Positions 54,533 through 54,676 of a stretch of DNA of 54,676 nucleotides are shown piece by piece. Both the position numbers and the translations under genes were made by a program. The notes under the pieces were generated by a model that was not told where the DNA came from, did not search any database, and saw nothing but the letters and a program-made list of their open reading frames with translations. Where the stretch lies: NCBI GenBank assembly GCA_031278845.1, contig JAITJQ010000078.1, forward strand, positions 1-54,676. Reading direction: 5' to 3'. Every line of letters begins with the position of its first letter. Position 1 is the stretch's first letter. This DNA comes from Puniceicoccales bacterium. Lineage in GTDB: Bacteria; Verrucomicrobiota; Verrucomicrobiia; Opitutales; LL51.

Positions 54533-54624
54533 GGTAATGGATAAAAAGCTTACGATTCCCTATGAGAAGGAAAGCGATAAAAGTTTTTTTCGTAGCCGAA
54601 GCTGCCCAAGGGGGTTCCGGCTGC

Positions 54625-54676
54625 CCAGGGGGGCTCTGCCCCCCTGGACCACCCGCAAGGAGTCGGAGACTCCTTG
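54625..54676. repeat. GC-rich palindrome cluster D (truncated by window end)
   Basis: CCAGGGGGGC tct GCCCCCCTGG (54625-47) and CAAGGAGTC gga GACTCCTTG (54656-76). They use the same stem vocabulary as elements A and C. Confidence 0.75.

Overview
A 54.7-kb, visibly AT-rich bacterial chromosomal window. Gene content suggests a PVC-type organism (Chlamydiae-, Lentisphaerae- or Verrucomicrobia-like); I cannot place it more precisely from sequence alone. The backbone is housekeeping: tsf-rpsB, fabD-ispH, rplM-rpsI, mgtE, sufS, acpP-fabF followed by an LpxL::GT9 fusion, accB-accC, lepA, surE, rho, cca, gmk, rsmD, hemW, acpS, murF, tRNA-Arg(ACG) and tRNA-Ala(GGC). Four kinds of non-housekeeping content are embedded in it. 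(1) A partial Ysc/chlamydial-type type III secretion locus at 14.1-19.1 kb. It has a YopN-like gatekeeper, TyeA-like and SycN-like genes divergent from sctD, yscE-like, sctF, yscG-like and sctI, plus an orphan class-I chaperone at 12.1 kb. (2) An accessory stretch at 19-26 kb with candidate secreted or effector proteins. One carries about 21 degenerate hexapeptide repeats, and there is also an orphan ketoacyl synthase and a decayed duplicate of an MFS gene's 3' end. (3) A full-length Rpn/YhgA-like PD-(D/E)XK nuclease gene followed by a separately encoded copy of only its C-terminal domain (40.3-42.1 kb). This looks like an extragenic version of the Rpn toxin / small C-terminal antitoxin arrangement. 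(4) GC-rich nested-palindrome elements in four intergenic regions (29.7, 39.2, 48.4 and 54.6 kb). Two of them fold on paper into near-perfect four-way junctions: a long outer stem enclosing three hairpins with 3-nt loops. Other items are a giant autotransporter, a lipoprotein, an orphan pseudopilin, a protein-kinase N-lobe fragment and a candidate small RNA. No CRISPR array, rRNA, integrase or classical IS element was seen. All family assignments come from motifs read by eye, and no database search was run.
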